NCBI RefSeq assembly: GCF_011455875.1
Contig: NZ_CP015031.1
Location: 693,405-725,404 of the forward strand
From: Basfia succiniciproducens
Lineage (GTDB): Bacteria; Pseudomonadota; Gammaproteobacteria; Enterobacterales; Pasteurellaceae
Direction of reading: 5' to 3'
Length of the DNA: 32,000 nt
Of this stretch, positions 8,141 through 18,223 are shown piece by piece. The notes under the pieces are model-generated. The model ran no database searches and was not told the origin of the DNA. It saw nothing but the letters and a program-made list of their open reading frames with translations. Positions within the stretch are counted from its first letter, which is position 1. Each line of letters starts with the position of its first letter. Made by a program: the position numbers and the translations under genes.

Positions 8141-8995
8141 TTATACCCGTAATAATAAAATTGCGGTGATTCCCAGCACAATACCTAACATATTAATTTT
8201 GCTGATTTTTTCTTTAAAAACCAATGCGCCGACAATCATACCGAGGCAAATAACGCCAATATCCATAGTTGCAAAAACAATCGTTGGATTTTCTTTAAAA
8301 TATTGATGCGCATAGATATAAAATAAAATATTACCAAAATTCAGACAACCTAAAATAATACCGCCGACTAAACTCGAGGCGTTCCAAAATGTGCGTTTGA
8401 TAAGCAAATAAGTGAACATCAGTACTGCGGCAATGCTGAATGTAACAAATAATGTGGTTGGGAATGCGCCGCCCATTAAGGCGATTTTCTTGAACAAAAT
8501 ACCGGTTACCCCCCAAATCAACCAGACAGCGGCTAAAGCGAACGCCGCTTTTAGTGCATTTTCTATTGATTTTGTCGGTTTAGTCAATAAACAGAACAAG
8601 GCAAAAAAGGCAACAATTACCCCGCCGACTCGCATATTATTCAGGGTTTCGCCAAAAAGAATAACCGCTGCAATAATTTGCAGGAATAACGCCAGCCGTT
8701 GTGCTGCGTCGGTTCTGACAATTCCGCCGTATTCCACTGCTTTCGACATAACGATAAAGCCGATTGGCAGCAGTAACCCCAAGGTAAGGAAAATAGGTTT
8801 GGCTTCGCTCTGGATAAAATATTCCGTAAAACTCAATCCTTTAAAATCCGGTGCTAATAAAAAATAGCTTAAACTTAATGCGGTGATGTAACCGAACGCG
8901 ATCATTTGTTCGGTTACAACATTAAATTTTTTACTTAGTTTGAATAAAACTGAAACGGAAACACTGCAAAAAATTGCAAAAATGAGAAAATGCAT
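8141..8995 (-). CDS. Integral membrane protein, DMT/EamA-like permease
   Basis: 284 aa and hydrophobic throughout, with about 10 predicted TM segments in two similar halves. AAGGAA SD. Its stop is 22 nt upstream of the sbcB start. The family assignment comes from topology only. Confidence 0.6.
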   Translation of the reverse strand: MHFLIFAIFCSVSVSVLFKLSKKFNVVTEQMIAFGYITALSLSYFLLAPDFKGLSFTEYFIQSEAKPIFLTLGLLLPIGFIVMSKAVEYGGIVRTDAAQRLALFLQIIAAVILFGETLNNMRVGGVIVAFFALFCLLTKPTKSIENALKAAFALAAVWLIWGVTGILFKKIALMGGAFPTTLFVTFSIAAVLMFTYLLIKRTFWNASSLVGGIILGCLNFGNILFYIYAHQYFKENPTIVFATMDIGVICLGMIVGALVFKEKISKINMLGIVLGITAILLLRV

Positions 8996-9014
8996 AATAT
9001 AATTTCCTTATAGA

Positions 9015-9419
9015 CTAAGCGATGGTATGGAAAGCTGTTAAAAATTCTTTTCTTTTTAATTCGAAAAATTTGTGTTCATCATGTTTTAGAAGACGTTTTT
9101 CTTCAGAAAATGCTGGTGCAATGTAACCCCATTCACCTTCCCTAGCGAAATAGATTACATAATCAATATGAATATCTTTCCAGTGATTTTCAATTTCTAT
9201 ATTTTTCTTTCCTTTAGTTGCAGTAATTGTTTTAACTTGTATGCGATAGTACTTTTGCCCATCAGAAATTAAAATATCTGTTTTATGCCAATTATCTAAA
9301 ACAGGTGTAAAGACTTGCCATCCATCATGAAGTAACCATGTTACGACTTGACTTTCGAAGGCTATATTTTTCATTGTTGCATGTGTTTTTTCAGGAGTCT
9401 GAGTTAATCTTCTAGGCAT
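9015..9419 (-). CDS. Small PD-(D/E)xK nuclease-fold protein (PDDEXK_5 / Hjc-like pattern), function unknown
   Basis: 134 aa from the ATG at 9419, which has AAGGAA 6-7 nt upstream. The track start at 9485 would run through the USS hairpin. The layout ESQVVTWLLHDGWQVFTP..KTDILISDGQKYYRIQVKT..IDYVIYF..WGYIAP fits helix, then Asp, then (Q/E)VK, as in PF11645-type proteins. G+C is about 25-33% in hand-counted lines versus about 40% in mukB. Confidence 0.6.
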   Translation of the reverse strand: MPRRLTQTPEKTHATMKNIAFESQVVTWLLHDGWQVFTPVLDNWHKTDILISDGQKYYRIQVKTITATKGKKNIEIENHWKDIHIDYVIYFAREGEWGYIAPAFSEEKRLLKHDEHKFFELKRKEFLTAFHTIA

Positions 9420-9448
9420 AAAATTTCCTTTTTCTTGTATATATAAAC

Positions 9449-9488
9449 AAAGTGCGGTAAAAAACTTTGAAATTTTTGACCGCACTTT
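9449..9488 (-). terminator. mukB terminator formed by an inverted pair of exact USS
   Basis: AAGTGCGGT at 9450-9458 and ACCGCACTT at 9479-9487 form a stem of at least 10 bp, extendable through an A6/T5 tract. It sits 17 nt after the mukB stop and the minus strand continues GTTTATATAT. Confidence 0.6.
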
Positions 9489-9504
9489 TCCATTAATTTA
9501 CTAT

Positions 9505-12500
9505 TTATTCTTTTGCACCGAAGCCCCGTAATCCGACTACATGAACATGTTCCTGGTTTCCGGAGATTTTACGTACTAGTTTATAGGTGGTGCCTTTTTC
9601 CGGGCTGATATTTTCCGGTGCCGCGATAAGCAACTGCATATCCAAACGTTCGCAAAGTTCGAACAAGGTGGAAATCGATTTGCCGTCTAGACGCGCCGCT
9701 TCATCAAGGAATAATAAACGGCAAGGAATAATATCTTTACCGCGGATTCGGCGGCTTTCCTCTTCCCAGCTTTGGACAACCATAAGCAGAATTGACATAC
9801 CCGTACCAATAGCTTCACCGGTTGAAAGCGCACCGCTTTCCGCCTGCAACCAACCGTCCGCGCCACGATATACCTCCACTTGAAGGTCTAAGTAATTGCG
9901 GTAATCCAATAATTCTTCACCAATGGTTTGCGCAGTACGTTGTCCCATATCGATATGCGGATTTAAGCGTTGATACAGTTTTGCGATAGCTTCCGAGAAC
10001 GTCATTCTGTTGTCGTTGAATAAGTCCTGGTATTCTTCCTGATTACCGGATAAGGCATCAAGCAGCATTGCATGGGTATCCCGGATATTTACCACTAAAC
10101 GAACGGATTTTACCTGACCGAAGGAAATATTCTGCAATCCCTGATTCAACATACGGATACGGTTTTGTTCCCGTTGAATGGTTTTACGCATAATATTGGC
10201 AACGGATTCCGAACTGATGGCTAATTTTTGCTCACGACCGGTTAATTCGTCGGTTAAGCGGGAAAGTTCGATTTCCATTTGTTCGATAGCGTCAATCGGA
10301 TCATCGGTTTTGATAATATCCTGACGAATACGCTCGCGTAAATGTTGATATACCGCAATAAAGAAACGGACCTTATTTTCAGGTTTACGGCTATCTTCCG
10401 AAATACGTAAAGCATCGCGTAAATATTCGTTATCCGCCACCGCCGTTCTTAAGGAACCTAAGGCCTTATCGGACATTGAACGTAACTCATCCGCACTTAA
10501 ATAAGCAAATTCGCGGCGGGTTAAACGTTTTTCCACATCGGAATTACGGGATAAACGCAATACGACACACCAGCTTACTTTTGCCGCAACCACCAGTTCC
10601 CGCTGTTGCTTATAATCGCGTTCTGCTTTACGAATGCGACGGGTTAAATTTTCCGCTTCGCTTTCAATTAAAGTCAATTGTTTTTCCACAAACGAACGGC
10701 GTTGGCGGCTGGTTGAAAGTTGATGATGTAATTCGTCTTTACGAACGCGGGCACGCTGTTCGGAATTTTCGTCAACCGTTAATCCCAACTCGCCCACTTC
10801 ATCCATTAATTCTTTTAACATTTGATTTTTAGTTTCAAATGAACTTTGCAATTGGATGTAAACCTGATTGTATTGGGCGAATTGCTGTTGTTTTTGACGG
10901 ACTTGATCCCGTTGTTGCTCGCGTTTCGCCTGAACCTGTTCTAAACGAACGCGCAATTTTTCGTTTAAATCATTGGTTTCGGTTTTCACTGTATCTTCAT
11001 AACTGAAATGCGCTTGTCGATGAATGACATCCGCTAATGCAAAGGCTTTTTGTTGCGCTTGTTTTTGCATATCGATAGCCTGATATAAATCATCTTTCAG
11101 ACGTTCATAATTTTCAGGATCGCTTTGCAGCGTATTCGCAATAGGTTCTAATTGTGACAGTGTCATGCCGTGTTGACGGATAAAGATTTCGTCTTGCTCC
11201 GCAATATCCAATTGCTCGCGGCACTCTTCCACTTTATCCGATAAACTTTCGTCGGCAATCACATTTAATTGCGGAATCAGCTTATTAAGCAATTGCATTT
11301 GCTCTTTGGCATTGTCCAATTTAATCCGCAGTTGCTGTTCATCCGTTGAAAGTGCGGTCAATTCCCGATTAATTTCATTGCGTTGTTGGTTAATTTCGCG
11401 CATTTGCTGTTCGGGGTCTGGCTGAAACGCCAGTGCTAAATGCAAACCGACGAACTGGCTGAATTGTTGGTGCAAACGTTGACACTTTTGCACGTCAAAG
11501 GCTCGTTGCGCATATTGCTCGACGATTTTGTCCCGTTCCGCTTCCAGTTCCGTTAAATATTTTTCACGGGCGGCACGGCCGAATAACGGGATTTCAGGGA
11601 ATTTAGAATAACGTAATTCACGCTCTGAAACTTGAACTACAACGCCTTGCGCGAGTTCTTGTGCGGAATGTACGCTATCGTCAAAGGCGGCCGGGTCACC
11701 TTCGATTAAATATAGATCATCGGGGCAATCATCCAAATGGGCTAATTGCTCTTTCACCGCATTCAGATCCCGTACCACGATGGCATGACGTGCCGGGCCG
11801 TAAAGCGCCGAAAAATACGGTGCGTCTTCAATCGCCACATCATCATATAATTCGGAAAGCAATACGCCGCCAAAACGTTCGGCCAGCACATTTAAACGGG
11901 CATCTTCCGAGCCGTCCGGCTGGCTTAAACGTGAAATCTGTTCGTCCAGCTGCTGACGTTTATGCTCCAGTTGATCCCGCTGCATGGTGAATTCACGCTC
12001 TTTCTCCAATTGAGCCTGCATGAAATTCATTACATCCTGATTGTCTTCAAATTGTTCGCCGCTTTGTTCCGTTAAACGTTCCAATGCGGATTTCGCCGTA
12101 ATCCAGGCGGGCGCCGAACGTGCTTTTTCTTCAAAAAGTGCGGTTAATTGTTCCAGTTTTTGGCGTAAGGTCGAACGGGTTTCCACCTGTTCCGAGAATT
12201 CGGCCGTTAGGTTTTCAATTAACGCCTCTTGTTCCGCATGATAATCTTCTAATTCATCAGCAGTTTCTAATGATAACCCGGCACGTTGATTGAAATCTTT
12301 TAAAATTTTGACCGCACTTTGCTGTTGTTGATAACGCTGTTCAAGTTCATGTAACTTTGCTCTTAATTGCGGTGTTTGTTGTGCCTGTAATTTTTGTGTC
12401 GGATACTCGCGTAATAATTCTTTTGCACTGTCCCATGCCGCAGAGCGGGGAATTTCACCGGCAATTTTGCAAACCAATTGATAAGCTTTGTCAAACTGCG

Positions 12501-14004
12501 TTTTTGCCGCTTCGGAAATAGACATTTTTTGCTCTAATTGCAACACGCGATCCGTTAAGGTTTCAACCTGAGCTTCAAATTCTTCATGATAGACTTCGGC
12601 ATTTTTAACGGATAAATCCGCCAGCCCGCAAAGCGCTTTTGCCTTCTCTAAAGCCTGAATCGCCTGTTGGTATTGCAATGCGCGGGTTTGCTGTGCATCT
12701 AAAGCTTGTTGATAGTCCGCCAACTGTCCTCGGATTTGGTCAACTTCCGTTTCTAAAGTTTCAAATTGTAGTTGGCTTTCTTCTAACTGTTCGTTAGCGT
12801 TTTCAACCACAATTTTTTGTTCTTCCAGTTTTTCCGTTAATTCGTTTACATCTTCTTGATAGCGTTCAATACGTTCCTGGTGACGTAATGCATTCAATAC
12901 CAGATTTAAATGATCGGAAGCGCTTTGATGATCTATCTCTAAGGCTTTCTCATTTTCGGTTAATTCGGCGGCTTCACGGCTTAAATCAATTAGACGGTGT
13001 TGAGATAAATCCTGCTCCGACTTCGCCGCATACCATTCTTTGCGGAAACTAAGTGCGGTTTCGATATTTCCCTGACGTTCATTGGCATTGCGCATATAAT
13101 CGGAGGCCACATAATTAGTGGTTTCGGTGATTAAATGCTTGAATAAATCACGATCGGATTGAGTCATTTTAATGGCTTCAAGGGTCATGCGGTTCTCGCG
13201 CAACGCCGATTCCATATCCTGGAATGCTTTACGAACGCCTAGGTTTTCAGGCAATAAATAATCACGCAACGATTTGGTAATAGCACTTGAAATACCGCCG
13301 TAAAGGGATGCCTCGATTAATTTATAGAATTTGCTGCGATCGGAAGACGAACGCAGACGGCGCGGAATCATACCCAGTTCAAACATCATGGCGTGATAAT
13401 CGGCAACGGAATGATATTGCTTGAATTGCGCGCCCTGTTCTTCAATGCGGTCTTTTAATTCCGTCAGGCTTAATACGCGCGCCTGACGTTGGGAGACGGT
13501 TTCCGTTAAAACTGCGGTCGGATTTTGAGAAATTTCCAAACCTTGAATTGAAAAAGTTTTAATATCGACTTTTTTGTCCCGACCGGCAACCTGCTGCAAA
13601 CGCACACCGGCTAAGATCCGCTGTTGACGGGAATTTACCGCATCCAACACGGCATAACATACGCCCGGGCGTAATTTGCCGTGCAGACCTTTATCACGGG
13701 AACCGCCGCTTGCGCCGGCTTCCGTGGTATTGCGAAAATGCAAAAGAGTGAGATCCGGAATTAATGCCGTCACAAAGCCCGCCATGGTTGTGGATTTACC
13801 CGCACCGTTACCGCCCGAAAGGGTTGTGACCAATTCGTCCAAATCGAAAGTACGGGCAAAAAAACCGTTCCAGTTAATCAGAGTTAAAGAACGGAATTTA
13901 CCGCGTTCAATGCCGGCGGATTGTGTAAGAACCGTTGCCGGAACAATGGTTTCGCTCTTTTCTTCCGGCAGGAATTCACTTTCTAGTTCTAATTCTTCTG
14001 ACAT
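9505..14004 (-). CDS. mukB: Chromosome partition/condensin protein MukB
   Basis: 1499 aa with N-terminal Walker [10 protein letters not shown], a long coiled-coil and a C-terminal [11 protein letters not shown] Walker B region. The start overlaps the mukE stop (TAATG). Confidence 0.97.
11350..11358 (+). repeat. Uptake signal sequence core (Hin-type)
   Basis: Exact AAGTGCGGT inside mukB. Confidence 0.9.
12136..12144 (+). repeat. Uptake signal sequence core (Hin-type)
   Basis: Exact AAGTGCGGT inside mukB. Confidence 0.9.
12311..12319 (-). repeat. Uptake signal sequence core (Hin-type)
   Basis: Exact ACCGCACTT inside mukB. Confidence 0.9.
13051..13059 (+). repeat. Uptake signal sequence core (Hin-type)
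   Basis: Exact AAGTGCGGT inside mukB. Confidence 0.9.
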
Positions 14005-14729
14005 TATTCTTCTTCTCCTAACCCTTCGTCTAATTCATCTTCAATTTCTTCATCATTTTTGACCGCACTTTTTTCCTGTGATAAAGAATCCGGCGTTGCC
14101 GCTTCCCCATCGCGAATCAGACGTAATTGCGCTTCGCGAGGATCATCGCCGCTGCGTACTTCCGCCCCGAAACGGAATACCGATTCGGAAATGGTAAATT
14201 TACCACTGTTTTGTTCGCCGACGGTATGAATCATACCAAGACGGCGTAAACGGTTCACCGCAGCCCGCACTTTTTCCGCCAGTTTCTGTTTATCCAGGTC
14301 GGAACCTGAAGAACGTTGGTTAACCGTTTTAAGCAATTTACTTTCATCCGCCAGATTGAGCAATTCGTCATACACTTCCTGTACGCTGAAGATACCTTGT
14401 TGCGCTAACCGTTCCGGACTTAAGTATAAATAACAAAGCACTTTACCAACCAGCATTTCCAACTCGCTCAGCACGGAGCGGGCGATTAATGTGGTTGCTT
14501 TTGGTCTTAAATAGAAGAAACCTTCGGGGGCACGAATAAGTTCTACGTTATAACGACGATAAAACATATCTAATTCGTTTTGAAAATCAGCTAAAAAAGC
14601 AAAATTATCTAAATATTCTTGCCCGATATGTCTGCCTGAACGTAATTGGCTGTCCACTGCCGGAAACAACGGGTTTGCAATTGCCGCTGCAAGTTTAGTC
14701 GGAATAAGTTCTTGAAGGTTTTCGTTCAT
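14004..14729 (-). CDS. mukE: Condensin subunit MukE
   Basis: 241 aa. The blocks [35 protein letters not shown] and the acidic C-tail are colinear with E. coli MukE. Confidence 0.95.
14062..14070 (-). repeat. Uptake signal sequence core (Hin-type)
   Basis: Exact ACCGCACTT inside mukE. Confidence 0.9.
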
Positions 14730-14748
14730 ATTATTGTTCTCTTTGTCG

Positions 14749-14768
14749 GGCGGAAGTTATTTTCCGCC
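14749..14768 (-). other. Intercistronic stem-loop in the mukF-mukE spacer
   Basis: A 7-bp GC-rich stem GGCGGAA/TTCCGCC with a 6-nt loop, 20 nt upstream of the mukE ATG. No U-tract follows on the sense strand. Confidence 0.5.
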
Positions 14769-14808
14769 TTTCACATTATGTTTTCGGTGAAATATTCGAT
14801 TTTTACAA

Positions 14809-14817
14809 AAGTGCGGT
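14809..14817 (+). repeat. Uptake signal sequence core (Hin-type)
   Basis: Exact AAGTGCGGT in the mukF-mukE spacer. Confidence 0.9.
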
Positions 14818-14830
14818 CGTTTTTTTCAAA

Positions 14831-16168
14831 TTATTTATACTCATCAATCATATGAGCCTGAACTTCGGCTCCCCGATTGTTTATTTCCTGCCACTGCGGA
14901 TAAGTACCGGATAAATCCGCGCTTGCCATACCGAGGCGTACCGCCTGATCCACAATAATTCTCGCCACGTCAAAATGACGGGCCAACGGATACCCTTCCA
15001 GCTGTTCTTTTAATACGAGGCTTAAGTTGATAGGTTGATTACGTTCACGCTGTGCAATTAGCAGATTTTGCATATAATCGACAATTTGATTATGTAAATC
15101 GGAGAGTTGTTCGTATTCTAATTCTTCCGGTAATTCGCCGAGAGCATCTTCATCACGCAAGGCTAATTCTTCATCCCGCAGGTCAATCAAGCGATCCGCC
15201 TGCGCAGTCCACAGATACCAAGGCATATCGAAATAATTATGGATAGATTGGCGCAAACGTTGCGAAAATACCCGGTTTTTATCCATATCAATAGCGGTAC
15301 GGATAAATTTATGTACATGACGATCGTAGCCAATCCATAAGTCGATGGCTTGTTGCCCCCAACTGATAATCCGGTCTAATTTTGCCTGCAGGTCGGTAAT
15401 CAATTGATCGATAAAATACAGGTCATCACGCCCGATAACACAATCCTGAATACGTAATAATTGTTCCTGCAATTTATCGCCGACGGCATTTAAGGTATCT
15501 TGTAATTCCCGCAAATTGCCCGAGGTTTCGTCTAACAGACGCTCACAACTTGCAATCGCGGCCTGCCAATCTTTGGTTAAAAGTTCGGCAATTTCCTCTT
15601 TAATGCTCTGCTGATTTTCATCCATAATACGTTGCGATAAATCAATGCTGTCAAAGATTTCCGCTACGGAATATTTCAACGGCGCAAATACGTTGCGGCG
15701 CCAATAATATTCGTCTTCCTGTTTGGCGGTACCTTCTTCCGCAAGCTCTGAGGCGCGTTGGATTTCATTGGCGACAATGGCTAACTGCACGGAAAGACGT
15801 AAGGCGGAAAATTCCCGTTGACGAATATAATAGTCCGAAACGCCTACGCCTAAAGGCGTTAAGCGGTAAATGGATAAACTCTCCGTGAATTCACTGCTAA
15901 AACGGTTTAAAAAGCGCTGTTTAACCAATTCGTTAATCGCATTGTTGGCCCGGGTTGCAATGGTTTCTTTGGATTGTTCAAACTCATTAGACACATGACG
16001 GAAAATATCCACAAGATCAGATTCGACCATTTCACCGTCAAAACGTTCGGCGTTGTAAATGGCGATAGCAAGTAAAAAGGCAAGACGTTCTGTCGGTAAG
16101 TTCAGGGAAAATTCGCGTTCTTTTGCCCAAGATACCAATTCGGGAATGGTTTGTGATGTTTCAAGCAT
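14831..16168 (-). CDS. mukF: Condensin kleisin subunit MukF
   Basis: 445 aa. The N-terminus [32 protein letters not shown] is typical of MukF, and it sits upstream of mukE-mukB. Confidence 0.95.
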   Translation of the reverse strand: MLETSQTIPELVSWAKEREFSLNLPTERLAFLLAIAIYNAERFDGEMVESDLVDIFRHVSNEFEQSKETIATRANNAINELVKQRFLNRFSSEFTESLSIYRLTPLGVGVSDYYIRQREFSALRLSVQLAIVANEIQRASELAEEGTAKQEDEYYWRRNVFAPLKYSVAEIFDSIDLSQRIMDENQQSIKEEIAELLTKDWQAAIASCERLLDETSGNLRELQDTLNAVGDKLQEQLLRIQDCVIGRDDLYFIDQLITDLQAKLDRIISWGQQAIDLWIGYDRHVHKFIRTAIDMDKNRVFSQRLRQSIHNYFDMPWYLWTAQADRLIDLRDEELALRDEDALGELPEELEYEQLSDLHNQIVDYMQNLLIAQRERNQPINLSLVLKEQLEGYPLARHFDVARIIVDQAVRLGMASADLSGTYPQWQEINNRGAEVQAHMIDEYK

Positions 16169-16377
16169 TAAAGATTTCTCACAATCTATTTTTGAAATAT
16201 AAAAAATTGTTCAAGATTATAGCCTATTTTGAAGGATCTTTCAGCTTGAAATTGCAACAAAAATTAAGCAACTTAACGGGCTTGCGGCTGTTTTAAATAA
16301 TTTTTATTGGAAATTTCAAAAGAAAGCCGTACTATACGCGGGCTTTTATGTTTAACCTAAAAAATTAAGATAAATAA

Positions 16378-17316
16378 ATGACCGAATTAGAAACAAAAGA
16401 AAATAAAAAACAGATTTATAATTTTAATAAATTACAAAAAAGGTTACGTCGTAACGTAGGTAATGCCATTGCCGATTTCAATATGATTGAAGACGGTGAT
16501 AAAGTGATGGTTTGTCTTTCCGGCGGTAAAGACAGCTATACGCTGCTGGATATTCTGTTAAATCTTCGTCACAACGCACCGGTTCATTTCGATATTGTGG
16601 CGGTAAATCTGGACCAGAAACAACCTGGCTTTCCCGAACATATTTTGCCTGAGTATTTAAGTTCCATCGGTGTGGAATATAAAATTGTCGAAGAAAATAC
16701 CTATGGCATCGTAAAAGAAAAAATCCCTGAAGGAAAAACAACCTGTTCGCTCTGCTCTCGTTTACGTCGCGGTATTTTATATCGTACGGCAACAGAATTA
16801 GGCGCAACTAAAATCGCGCTGGGTCATCATCGTGACGATATGCTTGAAACCTTATTTTTAAATATGTTTTATGGCGGAAAATTAAAATCCATGCCGCCTA
16901 AATTAGTCAGTGACGACGGCAAACAGATTGTTATTCGTCCGTTGGCTTACTGTAAAGAAAAAGATATTGAGAAATATGCCGTCGCGAAACAATTCCCGAT
17001 TATTCCTTGCAATTTATGCGGTTCTCAACCTAATTTACAGCGCCAGGTTATTAAGGAAATGCTGCAAACTTGGGATCGCCGCTATCCGGGACGAATTGAA
17101 ACCATGTTCAGTGCGATTCAAAATATCACGCCGTCTCATTTATGCGACCCGAATTTATTTGATTTCAAAAATATAAAACGGGGACAGCTACCGAAAGGCG
17201 TTGAAGGCGATATTGCTTTTGATAAGGAAGAATTGCCGCAAACACCAATCATTGATGAAGATACGGAAGATTTTGTAAATAACGGGCAATTGATTCGATT
17301 TAAAGAAGTGAATTAA
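16378..17316 (+). CDS. ttcA: tRNA 2-thiocytidine(32) synthetase TtcA
   Basis: 312 aa. [40 protein letters not shown] (PP-loop SGGKDS) is almost identical to the E. coli TtcA N-terminus. CSLC and CNLC cysteine motifs are present. Confidence 0.93.
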   Translation: MTELETKENKKQIYNFNKLQKRLRRNVGNAIADFNMIEDGDKVMVCLSGGKDSYTLLDILLNLRHNAPVHFDIVAVNLDQKQPGFPEHILPEYLSSIGVEYKIVEENTYGIVKEKIPEGKTTCSLCSRLRRGILYRTATELGATKIALGHHRDDMLETLFLNMFYGGKLKSMPPKLVSDDGKQIVIRPLAYCKEKDIEKYAVAKQFPIIPCNLCGSQPNLQRQVIKEMLQTWDRRYPGRIETMFSAIQNITPSHLCDPNLFDFKNIKRGQLPKGVEGDIAFDKEELPQTPIIDEDTEDFVNNGQLIRFKEVN

Positions 17317-17319
17317 GAC

Positions 17320-17350
17320 AAAAAGTGCGGTAAATTTTACCGCACTTTTT
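17320..17350. terminator. Bidirectional terminator between convergent ttcA and nlpC, formed by an inverted pair of exact USS
   Basis: AAAAAGTGCGGT-aaatttt-ACCGCACTTTTT. The exact USS lie at 17323-17331 and 17339-17347, with A/T runs on both sides. Confidence 0.85.
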
Positions 17351-17361
17351 TGTATAAAGGA

Positions 17362-17841
17362 TTAAATTCGTCTTGTTTGCCAGTAGGCATTTTTCCAATA
17401 AGGGCTATTCATTGAAGAATAAATCACGCCGCCTTTTGTAGATGCATGCAGGAATTTATCATTTTTCACATAAATGCCCACATGATAGCCGTTAGGACCA
17501 CGCCCGGTTTTAAAGAAAACAAGATCACCGGTTTGAATATCGGACAGACTGATTTTCTGACCATAGCCCGATTGCGCGGCGGTTGTTCTTGGTAGCGCGA
17601 TATTAAATCTGTCCATAAATGTGGTTTGCACAAATCCCGAACAATCTACTCCGCTTCTACTGACACCACCCAATACATAAGGTGCTCCGGCCCATTCCCG
17701 CTGTTGTTCGCTTAGCAGAACTATTGCCATAATCGGGTCGTCGATTCGCCCTTTATAGGTAATTGAGGATATATTAGAGGAACAAGCAGACAAAATAGCC
17801 ACTGATATTGTTAAACAAAATGTTTTTATCTTAGTTCTCAT
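17362..17841 (-). CDS. nlpC: NlpC/P60 (C40) peptidoglycan endopeptidase lipoprotein
   Basis: 159 aa with the lipobox LSAC|S. GVDCSGFV (catalytic Cys), GDLVFFKTG..G.HVGIY and the tail YWQ..RRI are colinear with E. coli NlpC. It neighbours ihfA-pheTS, as nlpC does in E. coli. Confidence 0.88.
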   Translation of the reverse strand: MRTKIKTFCLTISVAILSACSSNISSITYKGRIDDPIMAIVLLSEQQREWAGAPYVLGGVSRSGVDCSGFVQTTFMDRFNIALPRTTAAQSGYGQKISLSDIQTGDLVFFKTGRGPNGYHVGIYVKNDKFLHASTKGGVIYSSMNSPYWKNAYWQTRRI

Positions 17842-17851
17842 GGCATTCCCT

Positions 17852-17890
17852 CAAACAAGACAGGCTATCTACAAAAGTTTGCAGATAGCC
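17852..17890 (-). terminator. Hairpin after ihfA (possible, perhaps partial, terminator)
   Basis: An 8-bp stem GGCTATCT/AGATAGCC (17863-17890) with extra inner pairs. The minus strand continues TGTCTTGTTTG. It lies between the ihfA stop and the nlpC start. Confidence 0.45.
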
Positions 17891-17922
17891 GAATATTAAA
17901 TAACTAATGTAAAAACAACTAA

Positions 17923-18219
17923 TTAGCTTTTAGGTTTAGTTTTTTCAACGCGAGCCCGTAATTTTTGACCCGGTTTGAAAACAACCACCCTGCGGGCCGA
18001 AACAGGAACGCTTTCACCTGTTTTTGGATTACGTCCGGGTCTGGATGCTTTCTCGCGTAATTCAAAATTGCCGAAACCTGATAATTTAACATCATTACCT
18101 TTTTCTAAAGCAACTCGAATTTCTTCGAAAAAATCCTCTACTAAAGCCTTCGCTTCAGATTTATTTAAACCGTGTTTTTCAATCAGGTTGTCCGCAAGTT
18201 CTACTTTAGTTAAAGTCAT
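17923..18219 (-). CDS. ihfA: Integration host factor alpha subunit
   Basis: 98 aa. [34 protein letters not shown] is the IHF-alpha signature. It lies 4 nt downstream of pheT. Confidence 0.96.
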   Translation of the reverse strand: MTLTKVELADNLIEKHGLNKSEAKALVEDFFEEIRVALEKGNDVKLSGFGNFELREKASRPGRNPKTGESVPVSARRVVVFKPGQKLRARVEKTKPKS

Positions 18220-18223
18220 AAAT

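Noticed and set aside
9420-9485. A longer 156-aa version of the PD-(D/E)xK gene starting at 9485. The same applies to the long N-terminal extensions of uspE (3657), yoaH (2433) and fnr (4594).
   Set aside because: The upstream starts lack SD sequences, and the 9485 start runs through the USS terminator hairpin. Internal ATGs have good SDs and match the N-termini of the E. coli homologues. fnr remains the least certain of these.
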